DNA of 64,000 bases from a virus (lineage: Duplodnaviria > Caudoviricetes). Where the stretch lies: positions 3,754-67,753 of IMG/VR virus record IMGVR_UViG_3300036782_000001. One strand, written 5' to 3'. Below, piece by piece: positions 27,019-37,079 of this stretch. Made by a program: the position numbers and the translations under genes. Position 1 is the first letter of the stretch, and each line of letters opens with the position of its first letter. The notes beneath the pieces are model-generated. The model saw only the letters and a program-made list of their open reading frames with translations, did not search any database and was not told where the DNA came from.

Positions 27019-30000
27019 AAAAGTACCTCATTACCGTCACGGTAGAGAAGGTATGAGTAGTGAAGGTGATGCTTGGATGCATCCAGAAGTGTTTGATGAC
27101 GATTACGAACGAAAAACGAATTCTGACATAAGACGTTATATGAGTTCTCTGACGAAATCCAATCGTTTGGTTGTTGACATTAACAAGGCTGAAGCACCGA
27201 AAACTGGTAGGTCTTTGAATAGAGGAAAATTGGTTAAGAGAGCGGTACAAGTGAAAGGGAAAGATGGTAAGATGTTCACTCGTATGCAATGGGTAGACCC
27301 GAATGATGACCACCAAATACAGTCTCACCCTCTACACCAAGAGCCTTCACTGGAAGGTACTAAGCCTACTTCTTCTAAAGACCCTAGTGAGATGTCACGA
27401 GAAGAATACGTAGACCATCACGTTCGTAAGAAGATGTCTAAAGAAGAGAAATACGATATGCTAGAGAAACATGGTGTTGAATGGAAGCGAAATAACCATG
27501 AAGCTATTGACCATAAGAATGCTGTAATGGCTCTTAAAAATCATCTATTAAAGAATCCTCACCTTATTGGTGCACACAACAATAAGGAAGCAAAGGACAT
27601 TGAGAAGCCAATAACAGGTACAGATGATGAGAATGAGTTCTGGAATATGTGGGATAAGGCTGACAGAGAGGGTTCATATGAGCTTATGCGTAAGCTGGGT
27701 ATTATCGAAAAGGATGAGCAAGACCCTAGATTCGACCCTAATGTAAAGGAAAATATGAAGCCTATTAAGCACTTACTGAACGTTACTCGCTTGAAGAAGC
27801 ATCTACGTGAGAATAGACATCTCATGACTGACCCTGAGTATCTTCCTACAAAGGATACAAATGCAACTAAGGCTGCTAAAAAGCAATTAGAAGATAAGAA
27901 ACAAGGTATCAAGCCATCTCCTGCACAAGCAGGTGGTAATGATGTCCACACCATCTTAGCCAATATGCCTAGGGAACAGTTGTATAAGCTTATGAAGGAT
28001 GCAGGTATAGCAGATGAAGACCCACTTATCACAGGAGATAAGATGGCAGGGGTTAAGCACCACCTTAATATGATTAAGTTCAAGAAGCACCTAGAACACC
28101 ACCCTGAGATACTAACTCACAATCCTGATGGTTCTCTTACAGAAGGTGAGAAAGAACGTATTGCTTCCCTACCTGAAGAGGCTAAAGAACGTGACCGTAT
28201 TAAGAGCTTTGTGTCTGATATGTCTCAAGAGGACGTAGAGGATGCACTAGACAAATACTCTGACCATGATGCAGTTAAGAGTAGGACTAAATCTGACCAT
28301 GAGGGTATTAACAGTATGCATGCAAAGGGTGCTCTAGTTAAAGTATTCTCTGAAGATAAGGAAAGAATGAAGCCTTATCAAAAAGAAGTAAGTGCTGACA
28401 GACTAATGAAGATGCGTATTGGTAATAAGGTTATGGGTAAATTCCTACGTCATGCATTTGGCTTCAAGGGTATAGGAGACCTAAAAAGACCTGAAGATGA
28501 TGAGTTCCGTACTACAGAGTGGCAATGGCATGGTAATGGTGGTAGTGGCTCTGCTATGATGGAGAAGAACGATGATGGAGATGCAGTACTAACTGTTATA
28601 GACTATGGGGAAGATGGTCAAGGGTGGAACGAATTCCAAGTCCCTCTACAGGAGGTTAAGGACTTTGTAGACGATTTGAGAAAAGGGAACGAACAAAAGA
28701 AAAAGGTTGAGCAGAAGGAAGTTCCCCTACAGAAGAAGCCAGCAGACCAGATAGAGAAAGCCCTAAACGAGAGTTTCGAAAAGAACTACACTCCAGAGGT
28801 TGGGGAGGTCATGAAGTCCCACTTTACTAAACTGTGGAATAATGCAGACCGCTCTGGAAAGATTAGTGACATCGTGAAGAAGTCTATGAATATGACTAAG
28901 GGTACTATGAGGAACTTACTTAAAGAATGGGGTGTTCCAGTCTCTCCTACAGGAGATATTATTAAGACTAACGACCCTAACTTTAAGTCTATGGTATTCA
29001 AGGATGAGATTCAAGATAAGAAGTCTAAGAGTGCTATGGATTACCTTAAAGCAGCAGACATAGGAGTAGACCGCAAAGCTACACCTGATGCTCCCTATGA
29101 CCCTTATGTACTACACGAATCAGCTAAGAACTGGACAGAAGGGGAGAAGGCACAGGCACGTAAGGAGCTATTAAAGAATGCAATTCATGTTAAGACGGGT
29201 ATTACACATGAAGACCATGACAAACGTATAGCAAAACTTACAGACCACCTTCATTCATCTACGACTCATATACCATTTGACTTGATGAGTCACTTAATGG
29301 CAAATGGTATGAAAGTTAAGTTCTCTGATGTAGATGCTCACGGTAATGCTCACACAGGGGCTAACTACAATGGTAAGGACAATGCTATTTATCTTGACTC
29401 TCAGTACTATCATTCTACGTCAGTGTTTAAAGACCATCCACATGACCACATACCAGAGAAGACAGAACATCCTACTATCAAGGGAGCTAAATACGGTCAC
29501 TGGAGTATAGGAGAGAATATGGTGCATGAATCTGCCCACGCTATTGACAGATTCCTAAGTGGTGGGGATTCCTACCTAAACTGGGATAAAGGTCAAGGTA
29601 GTACTTATGCTAAAGACCATTTAAATACTGTTCCTGAACATTATAAGAAGAAAGTTGAACAGTCTAACCCTGATAAGGAGATTAGATACAGCAAGGAAGG
29701 AAAGTATTTTTATGTTTTAGATGAGTGGATGTCCAACTATGAGGGACGTGTCTATGGAGAGTATCAAAAGCTAAATCCCGATTACGTTCACTCTGACAAT
29801 GGTACAGGTAAGATGTATGATAAGAAGTTCCAAGGTGTGGAAGGTATGCATGGTACTGAACACTGGGCTGAATCGGTAGCAGGTTATGGTAATGCTATTC
29901 ACTCTTACCAACGTTGGAAAGATATGAATCCAGGTAATAAGTCTACATCCATGGATGAGTGGGCTGAACAGATGCATAAGCAGTATTCACAAAAGGGCTT

Positions 30001-30250
30001 TGGTACAGCTAATGCAGAAGGTCAAAACTATAAAGCTGGTACAAGCACTAGACCAATGGAATCTTATGGATGGCAATACCACACAATGAAACAACACTAT
30101 CCTGAACTATTTGGTGCAATGCAGTCCATCTTTAATAGACCCGACTTTTTAGGAAGTAAGGGACAGAGCCGAACAGAGTCAATTCAGCATGGAAACTCAG
30201 CTAAGAAATCTCTAGGCTTATTCGTTGATTTGGGAGGGAGCAAGGCATGA
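26990..30250 (+). CDS. Tagged multidomain cargo protein with helical repeats and C-terminal zincin metallopeptidase
   Basis: ATG 26990 after AGGTGA; tag at about 27167-27301; HESAH at 29525-29539 and downstream EHWAES. Confidence 0.75.
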   Translation: MAEQLKRTARKVPHYRHGREGMSSEGDAWMHPEVFDDDYERKTNSDIRRYMSSLTKSNRLVVDINKAEAPKTGRSLNRGKLVKRAVQVKGKDGKMFTRMQWVDPNDDHQIQSHPLHQEPSLEGTKPTSSKDPSEMSREEYVDHHVRKKMSKEEKYDMLEKHGVEWKRNNHEAIDHKNAVMALKNHLLKNPHLIGAHNNKEAKDIEKPITGTDDENEFWNMWDKADREGSYELMRKLGIIEKDEQDPRFDPNVKENMKPIKHLLNVTRLKKHLRENRHLMTDPEYLPTKDTNATKAAKKQLEDKKQGIKPSPAQAGGNDVHTILANMPREQLYKLMKDAGIADEDPLITGDKMAGVKHHLNMIKFKKHLEHHPEILTHNPDGSLTEGEKERIASLPEEAKERDRIKSFVSDMSQEDVEDALDKYSDHDAVKSRTKSDHEGINSMHAKGALVKVFSEDKERMKPYQKEVSADRLMKMRIGNKVMGKFLRHAFGFKGIGDLKRPEDDEFRTTEWQWHGNGGSGSAMMEKNDDGDAVLTVIDYGEDGQGWNEFQVPLQEVKDFVDDLRKGNEQKKKVEQKEVPLQKKPADQIEKALNESFEKNYTPEVGEVMKSHFTKLWNNADRSGKISDIVKKSMNMTKGTMRNLLKEWGVPVSPTGDIIKTNDPNFKSMVFKDEIQDKKSKSAMDYLKAADIGVDRKATPDAPYDPYVLHESAKNWTEGEKAQARKELLKNAIHVKTGITHEDHDKRIAKLTDHLHSSTTHIPFDLMSHLMANGMKVKFSDVDAHGNAHTGANYNGKDNAIYLDSQYYHSTSVFKDHPHDHIPEKTEHPTIKGAKYGHWSIGENMVHESAHAIDRFLSGGDSYLNWDKGQGSTYAKDHLNTVPEHYKKKVEQSNPDKEIRYSKEGKYFYVLDEWMSNYEGRVYGEYQKLNPDYVHSDNGTGKMYDKKFQGVEGMHGTEHWAESVAGYGNAIHSYQRWKDMNPGNKSTSMDEWAEQMHKQYSQKGFGTANAEGQNYKAGTSTRPMESYGWQYHTMKQHYPELFGAMQSIFNRPDFLGSKGQSRTESIQHGNSAKKSLGLFVDLGGSKA

Positions 30251-30624
30251 AGGTAGTTATTCACAAAGACGGAAAATTAGGTACGGTAAAATATAGCAAA
30301 GATGGTCAAGCTATGGTGAGCCACCCTGATGCTAAGGTTAGGAAGGATGTAAAGGATTACTTGGATACTGAACGAGAGTTTACTGTAGCAAACCCTAATA
30401 CAGACCCTGATGTAGTTGGTTCTAGGAGGAAGCTTTATGCTTCCCCTAAAGCCAATGAAGATACAATGTCTATGGCTTTATGTGAGATGTTCCACCATAC
30501 AGGGGTGCATGTAGACTGGTCTGGTAAGTTATCTAAGGATTTCTTAGGACAGAAGGACAAGAACAGTAAGGCAGATAAGCCTATTGAAAAATCAACAGTA
30601 GACGATTTCGATATTATAAACTAG
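30247..30624 (+). CDS. Small partner protein downstream of the metallopeptidase
   Basis: ATGA overlap, RBS GGGAGGGAG. Confidence 0.7.
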   Translation: MKVVIHKDGKLGTVKYSKDGQAMVSHPDAKVRKDVKDYLDTEREFTVANPNTDPDVVGSRRKLYASPKANEDTMSMALCEMFHHTGVHVDWSGKLSKDFLGQKDKNSKADKPIEKSTVDDFDIIN

Positions 30625-30634
30625 GAGGGCTAAC

Positions 30635-31177
30635 ATGAACGATGACACTTTGTTGGTAATATCGCCCAAGCTTATGGACATCCAGAAGGGTAAGAGTGAC
30701 CGTAATGGATTAGTACAACAGATACTAACATATGTACGAGATGGTAGAACAATAACTCGTAAACAGTGGGTACGTAGTGAGTTTGCAGACCACGCTAAGA
30801 AAAATGAGGAAGAAAAGAAAGACGTACTATTACGTGAGCAAGAAAGGGAAAGACGTAAGGAAGCTAAGAAGAATGATGAACAGAATGCGAAAATGGCTAC
30901 TCAAGATAAACGAGCACGTAAGAAGAAGATAAAAGAGAAGGAAAAGATGGAAGGGCATGGGGAAGGTACTAAGCATGTTATCCATGTAGGGGAATACGCT
31001 AAGAAGCTAGCAGACCAAAAGAAAAAGCGTATGCAGGAAGAGAAGGATAAGAAGCATAAGCAACAAGGCGATAAGAAGAAGGATAACAAGAAGAAGGATA
31101 AACATGGCTCCTTTGGACAGGCTAAACAGACCAGAGAAGATAATAAAGCAAGTGACAATATGTCTCTTGGTAAGTAG
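30635..31177 (+). CDS. Highly basic/charged protein with a divergent N-terminal tag (putative internal DNA-condensing protein)
   Basis: MDIQKGKSDRNGLV...RDGRTITRKQWV, then Lys/Glu-rich low-complexity sequence. Confidence 0.7.
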   Translation: MNDDTLLVISPKLMDIQKGKSDRNGLVQQILTYVRDGRTITRKQWVRSEFADHAKKNEEEKKDVLLREQERERRKEAKKNDEQNAKMATQDKRARKKKIKEKEKMEGHGEGTKHVIHVGEYAKKLADQKKKRMQEEKDKKHKQQGDKKKDNKKKDKHGSFGQAKQTREDNKASDNMSLGK

Positions 31178-31276
31178 CGTACACGTAAGTGTATGCTATT
31201 TTTATTGGCTTTGCGAATTTTATTCTAAGAGAATAATGTGTATACCCCTTTTAATTTATAGTAGGAGGTGCTAGTA

Positions 31277-32857
31277 ATGGGGCTTTGGAACTCACTAGGT
31301 AATTTACTAAACGTAAATATGCCGAACTACCCTGATTCAACAGACCTAAGCAAGTCTATGAATCAGCATGAAGACATAATGAAATCTGAAAGAGCACGTG
31401 ACCCTAAGTTTGTTATAGAAGATCCACTATCAATGCTATCCCAACTAGGATTCAAGGATAAACCGTCATCATTGACATTCGATACGTTGAAGAAGATGGC
31501 AGTACGAAATTCAGTGGTTGCTTCTATTATTACAACGAGGGTTAACCAGGTGGCTAGTTTTTCACAGCCATCTAGATTTACTAAGGATGGTGTAGGGTTT
31601 GAAATAACACTACGTGACCCTAACAAAACTCCCTCTAAAGAAGAAATGAGCATGATTCTATCCCTAGAGTCATTTATAGAGAACTGTGGTTTCACCTATG
31701 ACCCTGCTAGGGACAACTTTGATACATTCCTTCGTAAGATAACTAGGGACTCTCTAACGTATGACCAGTTGAACTTTGAGACTGTACCTGATAGAAGAGG
31801 GTTACCAGCAGAGATATATGCGGTAGATGCTTCTACAATTAGGGCAGCAGAGATGGAAGACCCTACTCCAGATACTGGGGTTACTTTTGCTGACTTTAAA
31901 GGTAACAGTACACAGAACAAGTTCGTACAGGTACTTAATGGTGCTATCATTGCAGAGTTCACAGGATTAGAATTAGCGTTTGCTGTACGTAACCCTAGAA
32001 CAGACATCAATATTCAGCCCTATGGTCACTCTGAGCTAGAGGTTCTTATACACCAAATAACTGCACATTTATGGGCAGAAGAGTATAACTCTAAGTACTT
32101 CTCTCAAGGAGGTACTACAAAGGGTATCTTGAATATCAAAGGTCAGAATATAAGCAAGGAACAGTTAGACGCTTTCCGTAGACAGTGGACTGCTCAAATC
32201 GCTGGTATGACTGGTGCATGGAAGACCCCTGTAGTATCTGTTGATGGCTTAGAATACGTTAACGTATCCCAATCTAACAGAGAGATGGAGTACGAGATGT
32301 GGATGAACTACCTTATCAACATATGTTGTGCAGTATACCAAATTGACCCTGCTGAAATAAACTTCCCTAACCGTGGAGGTGCTGGAGGTTCTGGTGGAGG
32401 ACTAGGTGAAGGTGGTATTGAAGACCGTCTTAAAAACTCTAAGGACAAGGGATTACGACCAATGTTAAGCTTCTTAGCTAACGTAATTAATCGTTATATT
32501 GTTCGTAGATTCTCCAATAAGTTTGTATTCAACTTTGTAGGACTTGATAAGGAATCTGAGAAGTCTAGATTAGAGGTGCAAGATAAACAAGTACGCTCAT
32601 TTAAGACTATTAACGAGTTACGTAAGCAACGTGGTATGGAGCCTATTGAAAATGGGGATGTTATCCTAGACCCAACATTTATAAACTACGTAATGCAGAA
32701 GGAAATGGCACAAGAGGCAGAGCAACAAGGTGACCCTAATGACCCTAATGCAGGAGCAGGAGAAGAGCCACAAGAGGAGCAAAGCCCAGAAGAGGTACAA
32801 CAGGCACAAGAGGATGACCAAATACACCAGTCTATAGACCAGCAGTATAGTCAATGA
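31277..32857 (+). CDS. Portal protein
   Basis: Size, position, [26 protein letters not shown] motif. Confidence 0.92.
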   Translation: MGLWNSLGNLLNVNMPNYPDSTDLSKSMNQHEDIMKSERARDPKFVIEDPLSMLSQLGFKDKPSSLTFDTLKKMAVRNSVVASIITTRVNQVASFSQPSRFTKDGVGFEITLRDPNKTPSKEEMSMILSLESFIENCGFTYDPARDNFDTFLRKITRDSLTYDQLNFETVPDRRGLPAEIYAVDASTIRAAEMEDPTPDTGVTFADFKGNSTQNKFVQVLNGAIIAEFTGLELAFAVRNPRTDINIQPYGHSELEVLIHQITAHLWAEEYNSKYFSQGGTTKGILNIKGQNISKEQLDAFRRQWTAQIAGMTGAWKTPVVSVDGLEYVNVSQSNREMEYEMWMNYLINICCAVYQIDPAEINFPNRGGAGGSGGGLGEGGIEDRLKNSKDKGLRPMLSFLANVINRYIVRRFSNKFVFNFVGLDKESEKSRLEVQDKQVRSFKTINELRKQRGMEPIENGDVILDPTFINYVMQKEMAQEAEQQGDPNDPNAGAGEEPQEEQSPEEVQQAQEDDQIHQSIDQQYSQ

Positions 32858-32915
32858 TAGTATATGTGTTATAAGGTCTATAACTGATTTTATACTTTAG
32901 ATACAAGGGGGTGAA

Positions 32916-33680
32916 GTGATGGCAGATTTATTTAAGTTTAGCGTAAGTGCTGATGCTGATATACAGAAATCTTCAGAAGAGGGTAAGCGTATTATACGTG
33001 GTTATGCTTCTACTGAAGATGAGGATAGACAAGGTGAGTCTATGGTTCAGAAGGGCTTAGACATTTCTGACTTCCTTAATCACGGGTACTTCAACTATGA
33101 CCACGATAACAGTGTAATTATGGGTTACCCTTACCCTACATGTAGGGTGGATGACAAAGGATTATATGTTGAGGGTGAGTTGTTCAAGGGAATACCACAG
33201 GCAGATAGGCTTTGGGAGTTAGCTATAGCTTTGAAGAAGTCTAATGCTCCTAGGAAAGTAGGCTTCTCTGTCGAGGGTAAGGTTATGGAGCGTGATGGAA
33301 GTCGTATTCTAAAGGCTAAAATTTATAATGTGGCAATTACAACCAACCCAGTTAATACCCATACATCATGGGAGGCGGTTGTTAAGTCTTTCAATGCACC
33401 TTCTCACATACATGTAGATGAGGTAGAGAAAGCCCTATCCGCAGGTTATGAAACTGACCCAGAGGATATGGAAGGTGGAGAGACGTTTCGTAAGGAAAGC
33501 CTAGACAAAGACTTAAAGAACTTGTCGTATGTGATAGATAACGACGATAAGAAGAAAATTCTTAAAGAGAAACTTGCTAAGAAGTCGTTAACTACACGAG
33601 AAACAATTGTATACTTACAGTTAACTAAAGGCTACTCTAGAGCAGAAGCTGAAGCCTTCATTAAAAAGGCTATAAATTAA
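32916..33680 (+). CDS. Prohead protease
   Basis: IRGYAST..EDRQGE, NYDH, GFSVEG, VAITTNPVN. Confidence 0.92.
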   Translation: MMADLFKFSVSADADIQKSSEEGKRIIRGYASTEDEDRQGESMVQKGLDISDFLNHGYFNYDHDNSVIMGYPYPTCRVDDKGLYVEGELFKGIPQADRLWELAIALKKSNAPRKVGFSVEGKVMERDGSRILKAKIYNVAITTNPVNTHTSWEAVVKSFNAPSHIHVDEVEKALSAGYETDPEDMEGGETFRKESLDKDLKNLSYVIDNDDKKKILKEKLAKKSLTTRETIVYLQLTKGYSRAEAEAFIKKAIN

Positions 33681-33693
33681 GGGGGTATATAGA

Positions 33694-34515
33694 ATGGCTA
33701 ATATCAATCCGTTAGATGCAGATATCAACAAGTCATTAGATGAGTTAGAGCAGTTGGCAGAGAACGTAAAGAAGAGTACGGCAGAGACTACTGAAAAGTT
33801 ATCTAAAGGTTTAGATAATGATGAGGTAGCACCTGAAGAGGTATCTGAGGATTCTCCTGAACAGGGTAACGAGGGAGAAGAAGCACCTGAAGAAGGCGCA
33901 CCAGAGGGTAATGAAGCTCCAGCAGAAGACGGAGATGTAGATGCTGATACAGAAGCTGAAGAAGATGCTAACGAAGATGAGCCTGTAGAGAAGTCATTAG
34001 AAGACACTTTAAAATCTAATGATGGCGTTCGTAAGGCACTAGAAGTTAGCGAATTCTTAGATGAGTTAGTTAAAGGCTTATCTTCAGTACTCACTGGACA
34101 CTCTGATGAGTTACAGAAGTCTATTGATAGCACTAACCAATCTAACCAGATCATAGCTAAATCTATGTTAGGTATTGTTAAGTCTCACCAAACAATCGTA
34201 TCTAGCCAAGAGAACCTAGCTAAGTCTATTGCTGAGTTAAGCAACCGTATGGTGAAAGTTGAAACAACTCCAACTGTACGTAAATCAGTGCCATCTGCTA
34301 ACACTAAAGTGTTACAAAAATCCTTTGAAGCTTCTAATGGTGAAGCACCTAAGCAAGAAGAAGGACTAAGCAAGTCGATGGCTATGTCTAAGTTGACTGA
34401 TGCGATACAAAAAGGACAAGGCGACTTGACTATGGATGTACTAGCATTAGAGTCTGGCGCTAATATTAGTGACCTATCGTCTAACGCTAAATTACTATTA
34501 GGTTCTAACAATTAA
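33694..34515 (+). CDS. Scaffold-like protein
   Basis: Acidic coiled coil between protease and capsid with many [ILV]xK[SAG] sites. Confidence 0.7.
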   Translation: MANINPLDADINKSLDELEQLAENVKKSTAETTEKLSKGLDNDEVAPEEVSEDSPEQGNEGEEAPEEGAPEGNEAPAEDGDVDADTEAEEDANEDEPVEKSLEDTLKSNDGVRKALEVSEFLDELVKGLSSVLTGHSDELQKSIDSTNQSNQIIAKSMLGIVKSHQTIVSSQENLAKSIAELSNRMVKVETTPTVRKSVPSANTKVLQKSFEASNGEAPKQEEGLSKSMAMSKLTDAIQKGQGDLTMDVLALESGANISDLSSNAKLLLGSNN

Positions 34516-34532
34516 TCGGAGGTGCAAAACAC

Positions 34533-35936
34533 ATGTTTCCTAACTTAGAAAACGGACAAGGTTTCGGTACGGCTACTCAGGCAGATGTGGATAATCTTAA
34601 TAAAGCCTTATCAGCAGGTCATGAGGTCAACCCTCTTGAACTACAGGGCGGTGGAGCGTTCCGAGTTGAATCTTTAGAGAACAGCTTAAAGGTTCTAACT
34701 TATGGCGACCAACATATTAAATTCTGGAAGAAGATTCCTAAACAGACTGCATACTCTACTGTAGAGCAATACGGTCAATTACTAGACTACGGACGTAACC
34801 AAGGAGCGTTCGTTGGTGAGGGTATGTTACCAGATACTAACGACTCTACTTACGCACGTAAGGCAGCATTCGTTAAGTTCTTAGGTACTACTCGTGAAGT
34901 TACACACCCAATGACATTAGTAAATAGTGCATTCGGTAACGTTGTAGCTCGACAAAACCAAGACGGTATCCTTTGGATGCTTAAACAAGTGGAGCAATCT
35001 CTATTCTGGGGTAACTCTAAGTTAAAGCCAGGTGGAGAAGAAGGTCGTGAGTGGGACGGTTTAGTAAACCTTATCGATAAAGAAAATACTATCGACTTAA
35101 AAGGTAACTACTTAGAAGAGCACCATATGAACTGGGGCGCTCAAATGATCATCCAGAACTACGGTACTCCAACTGATATGTTCTTACCATTCGAAGTTAT
35201 GGCACAGTTCTCTCAAGAGTTCTTCCCTAAAGAGCGTGTGTTAATGCCAACACAACAAGGCTACCAAGCTGGTGTGGTTGTTAACAAATTCATGACTCAC
35301 GGTGGAGAAGTAGAGTTCAGCCCTGATATCTTCTTAACAAAAACTAAGCCATTAAGCATGAATGCTTCTAGCTATAAAGCTCCTGCTGTAGGTACTTTAG
35401 CTGGTGCATTAGACGCTTCTGGTACTGCTGGTGACTTTGCTAAGCAAGGTGGCGGTGTATACAAATATGCTATCACATTAAATAACGACCACGGTGAGTC
35501 TATCCCATCTAACGTTGTAGCTGTTACAATGACAGGTTCAGACTTAGCTAAGGGAGTTAAGCTTACTATCACTAACCCTGCTTCTACTGCATTCCCAGTT
35601 GATTACGTTCGTGTATATCGTTCTGAGAAAGATGGCAACCAGTTATATGAAGTTGCTAAGTTTGCAGTAACGTCTCAAGGTAGTGCAGCGACTACTGTAT
35701 TCACTGATAACGGTGAAACAATCGCTAACACGTATACTTCATTCATGGGTGAAATGTCTCCAGAGATTATCGGCTTTAAACAGCTAGCTCCTATGATGAA
35801 GATGGATTTAGCTACGCTTGGTCCAGTTATCCGTTGGATGATTTTAATGTACGGTGTACCTGTACTTTATGCTCCTAAGAAATGGATGAAGTACACTAAT
35901 ATTAAAGCTGACGTACCAGGCTTCATTGGTGCTTAA
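34533..35936 (+). CDS. Major capsid protein
   Basis: Herelleviridae-like (FRVESLE, AYSTVEQY); predicted maturation at LNK24|A25. Confidence 0.92.
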   Translation: MFPNLENGQGFGTATQADVDNLNKALSAGHEVNPLELQGGGAFRVESLENSLKVLTYGDQHIKFWKKIPKQTAYSTVEQYGQLLDYGRNQGAFVGEGMLPDTNDSTYARKAAFVKFLGTTREVTHPMTLVNSAFGNVVARQNQDGILWMLKQVEQSLFWGNSKLKPGGEEGREWDGLVNLIDKENTIDLKGNYLEEHHMNWGAQMIIQNYGTPTDMFLPFEVMAQFSQEFFPKERVLMPTQQGYQAGVVVNKFMTHGGEVEFSPDIFLTKTKPLSMNASSYKAPAVGTLAGALDASGTAGDFAKQGGGVYKYAITLNNDHGESIPSNVVAVTMTGSDLAKGVKLTITNPASTAFPVDYVRVYRSEKDGNQLYEVAKFAVTSQGSAATTVFTDNGETIANTYTSFMGEMSPEIIGFKQLAPMMKMDLATLGPVIRWMILMYGVPVLYAPKKWMKYTNIKADVPGFIGA

Positions 35937-36042
35937 TATAAATAAGTGATCGCATAGGAGGGAGTGGACTTAGTTCACTCCCTTTTATCATGCCCTACGA
36001 TACGTTGATTATATTATTATAAACTATTAGGAGGTATTTACT

Positions 36043-36303
36043 ATGGCTAAGGTACAAAACATTCTATTACGAGGTCAAGAGGTAATGTTATCTACGGGAG
36101 CAGTACAGTTTGATGAACACGGTATTGCGGAGATTGAATCAGAAGAAGTGTACAACGGTGTCCTTAAGCTAAAGAACTTCTTTGCAGTAGAAGAGGCTAA
36201 AGAGGAAGTTAAGGAAGAAGTTAAAGAAGAGCCTAAGGAAGAAGCAAAAGAAGAGGAAAAGCCTAAGGCAAAAGCACCTGCTAAGAAAACTGCTGCTAAA
36301 TAA
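36043..36303 (+). CDS. Small virion-associated protein with KEE repeats
   Basis: EEAKEEVKEEVKEEPKEEAKEEEK. Confidence 0.7.
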   Translation: MAKVQNILLRGQEVMLSTGAVQFDEHGIAEIESEEVYNGVLKLKNFFAVEEAKEEVKEEVKEEPKEEAKEEEKPKAKAPAKKTAAK

Positions 36304-36317
36304 TAGGAGGGGTACAC

Positions 36318-37067
36318 ATGGACTTATATGTCAAGTATGAAGACATAAATGCCCAATTCCTAGTTGAGAACTACCTATTTGGGGTTCCATTAGAAGACCT
36401 ATATGGCAATAAGATGGGTGAGGGCTTACTGGAGCATTACATTAAGTCAGCTATACTTTACACACAACGTATGTTGCAGGTCATCATAGAGCCACAAGAT
36501 ATAGAGGGTGAAGTGCATGACTACTACCAAAATGACTTTATGAGCTGGTCTTTCCTACAGTTACACAAGAGACCTATCATAGAGGTACACAAGCTACAAA
36601 TGAATTTTGGTACCTATAATGCGGCAGAGATACCTAAGGATTGGATACGACAATATGAAATTCCTGGACAAATTCAGCTATTCCCTACTTCAGGTAGTGC
36701 AGGCAGTATGATTATAGCTCAGAATGGCTCATTCTTACCATTGGCTCTAGGACAATACTCTAGTGCTCCTGGTATATGGAGAGTTAGCTATAAAGCAGGT
36801 ATGGAAAAGATTCCTCATGACTTAGTAGAGTATATCATGAAGCGTGCTTCTATTGGTATCCTTCAGGTATGGGGTGACTTAATCATCGGTGCTGGTATTG
36901 CCAACCAGACTATCAGTATTGACGGTCTATCTCAGTCTATTGGTACTACACAGTCTCCAGAGTTCTCTGGTGCTGGTGCTCGTATTAAAAACTATTCAGA
37001 TGACATGAAAGACCTAGAAAAACGCTTAAAGGATACTTATTTAGGTATAAGTATGGGTCTTCTATAG
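36318..37067 (+). CDS. Head-tail adaptor/neck protein
   Basis: Position; GAGIANQTISIDGLSQSIGTTQS motif. Confidence 0.75.
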   Translation: MDLYVKYEDINAQFLVENYLFGVPLEDLYGNKMGEGLLEHYIKSAILYTQRMLQVIIEPQDIEGEVHDYYQNDFMSWSFLQLHKRPIIEVHKLQMNFGTYNAAEIPKDWIRQYEIPGQIQLFPTSGSAGSMIIAQNGSFLPLALGQYSSAPGIWRVSYKAGMEKIPHDLVEYIMKRASIGILQVWGDLIIGAGIANQTISIDGLSQSIGTTQSPEFSGAGARIKNYSDDMKDLEKRLKDTYLGISMGLL

Positions 37068-37079
37068 GAGGGAATTAGG

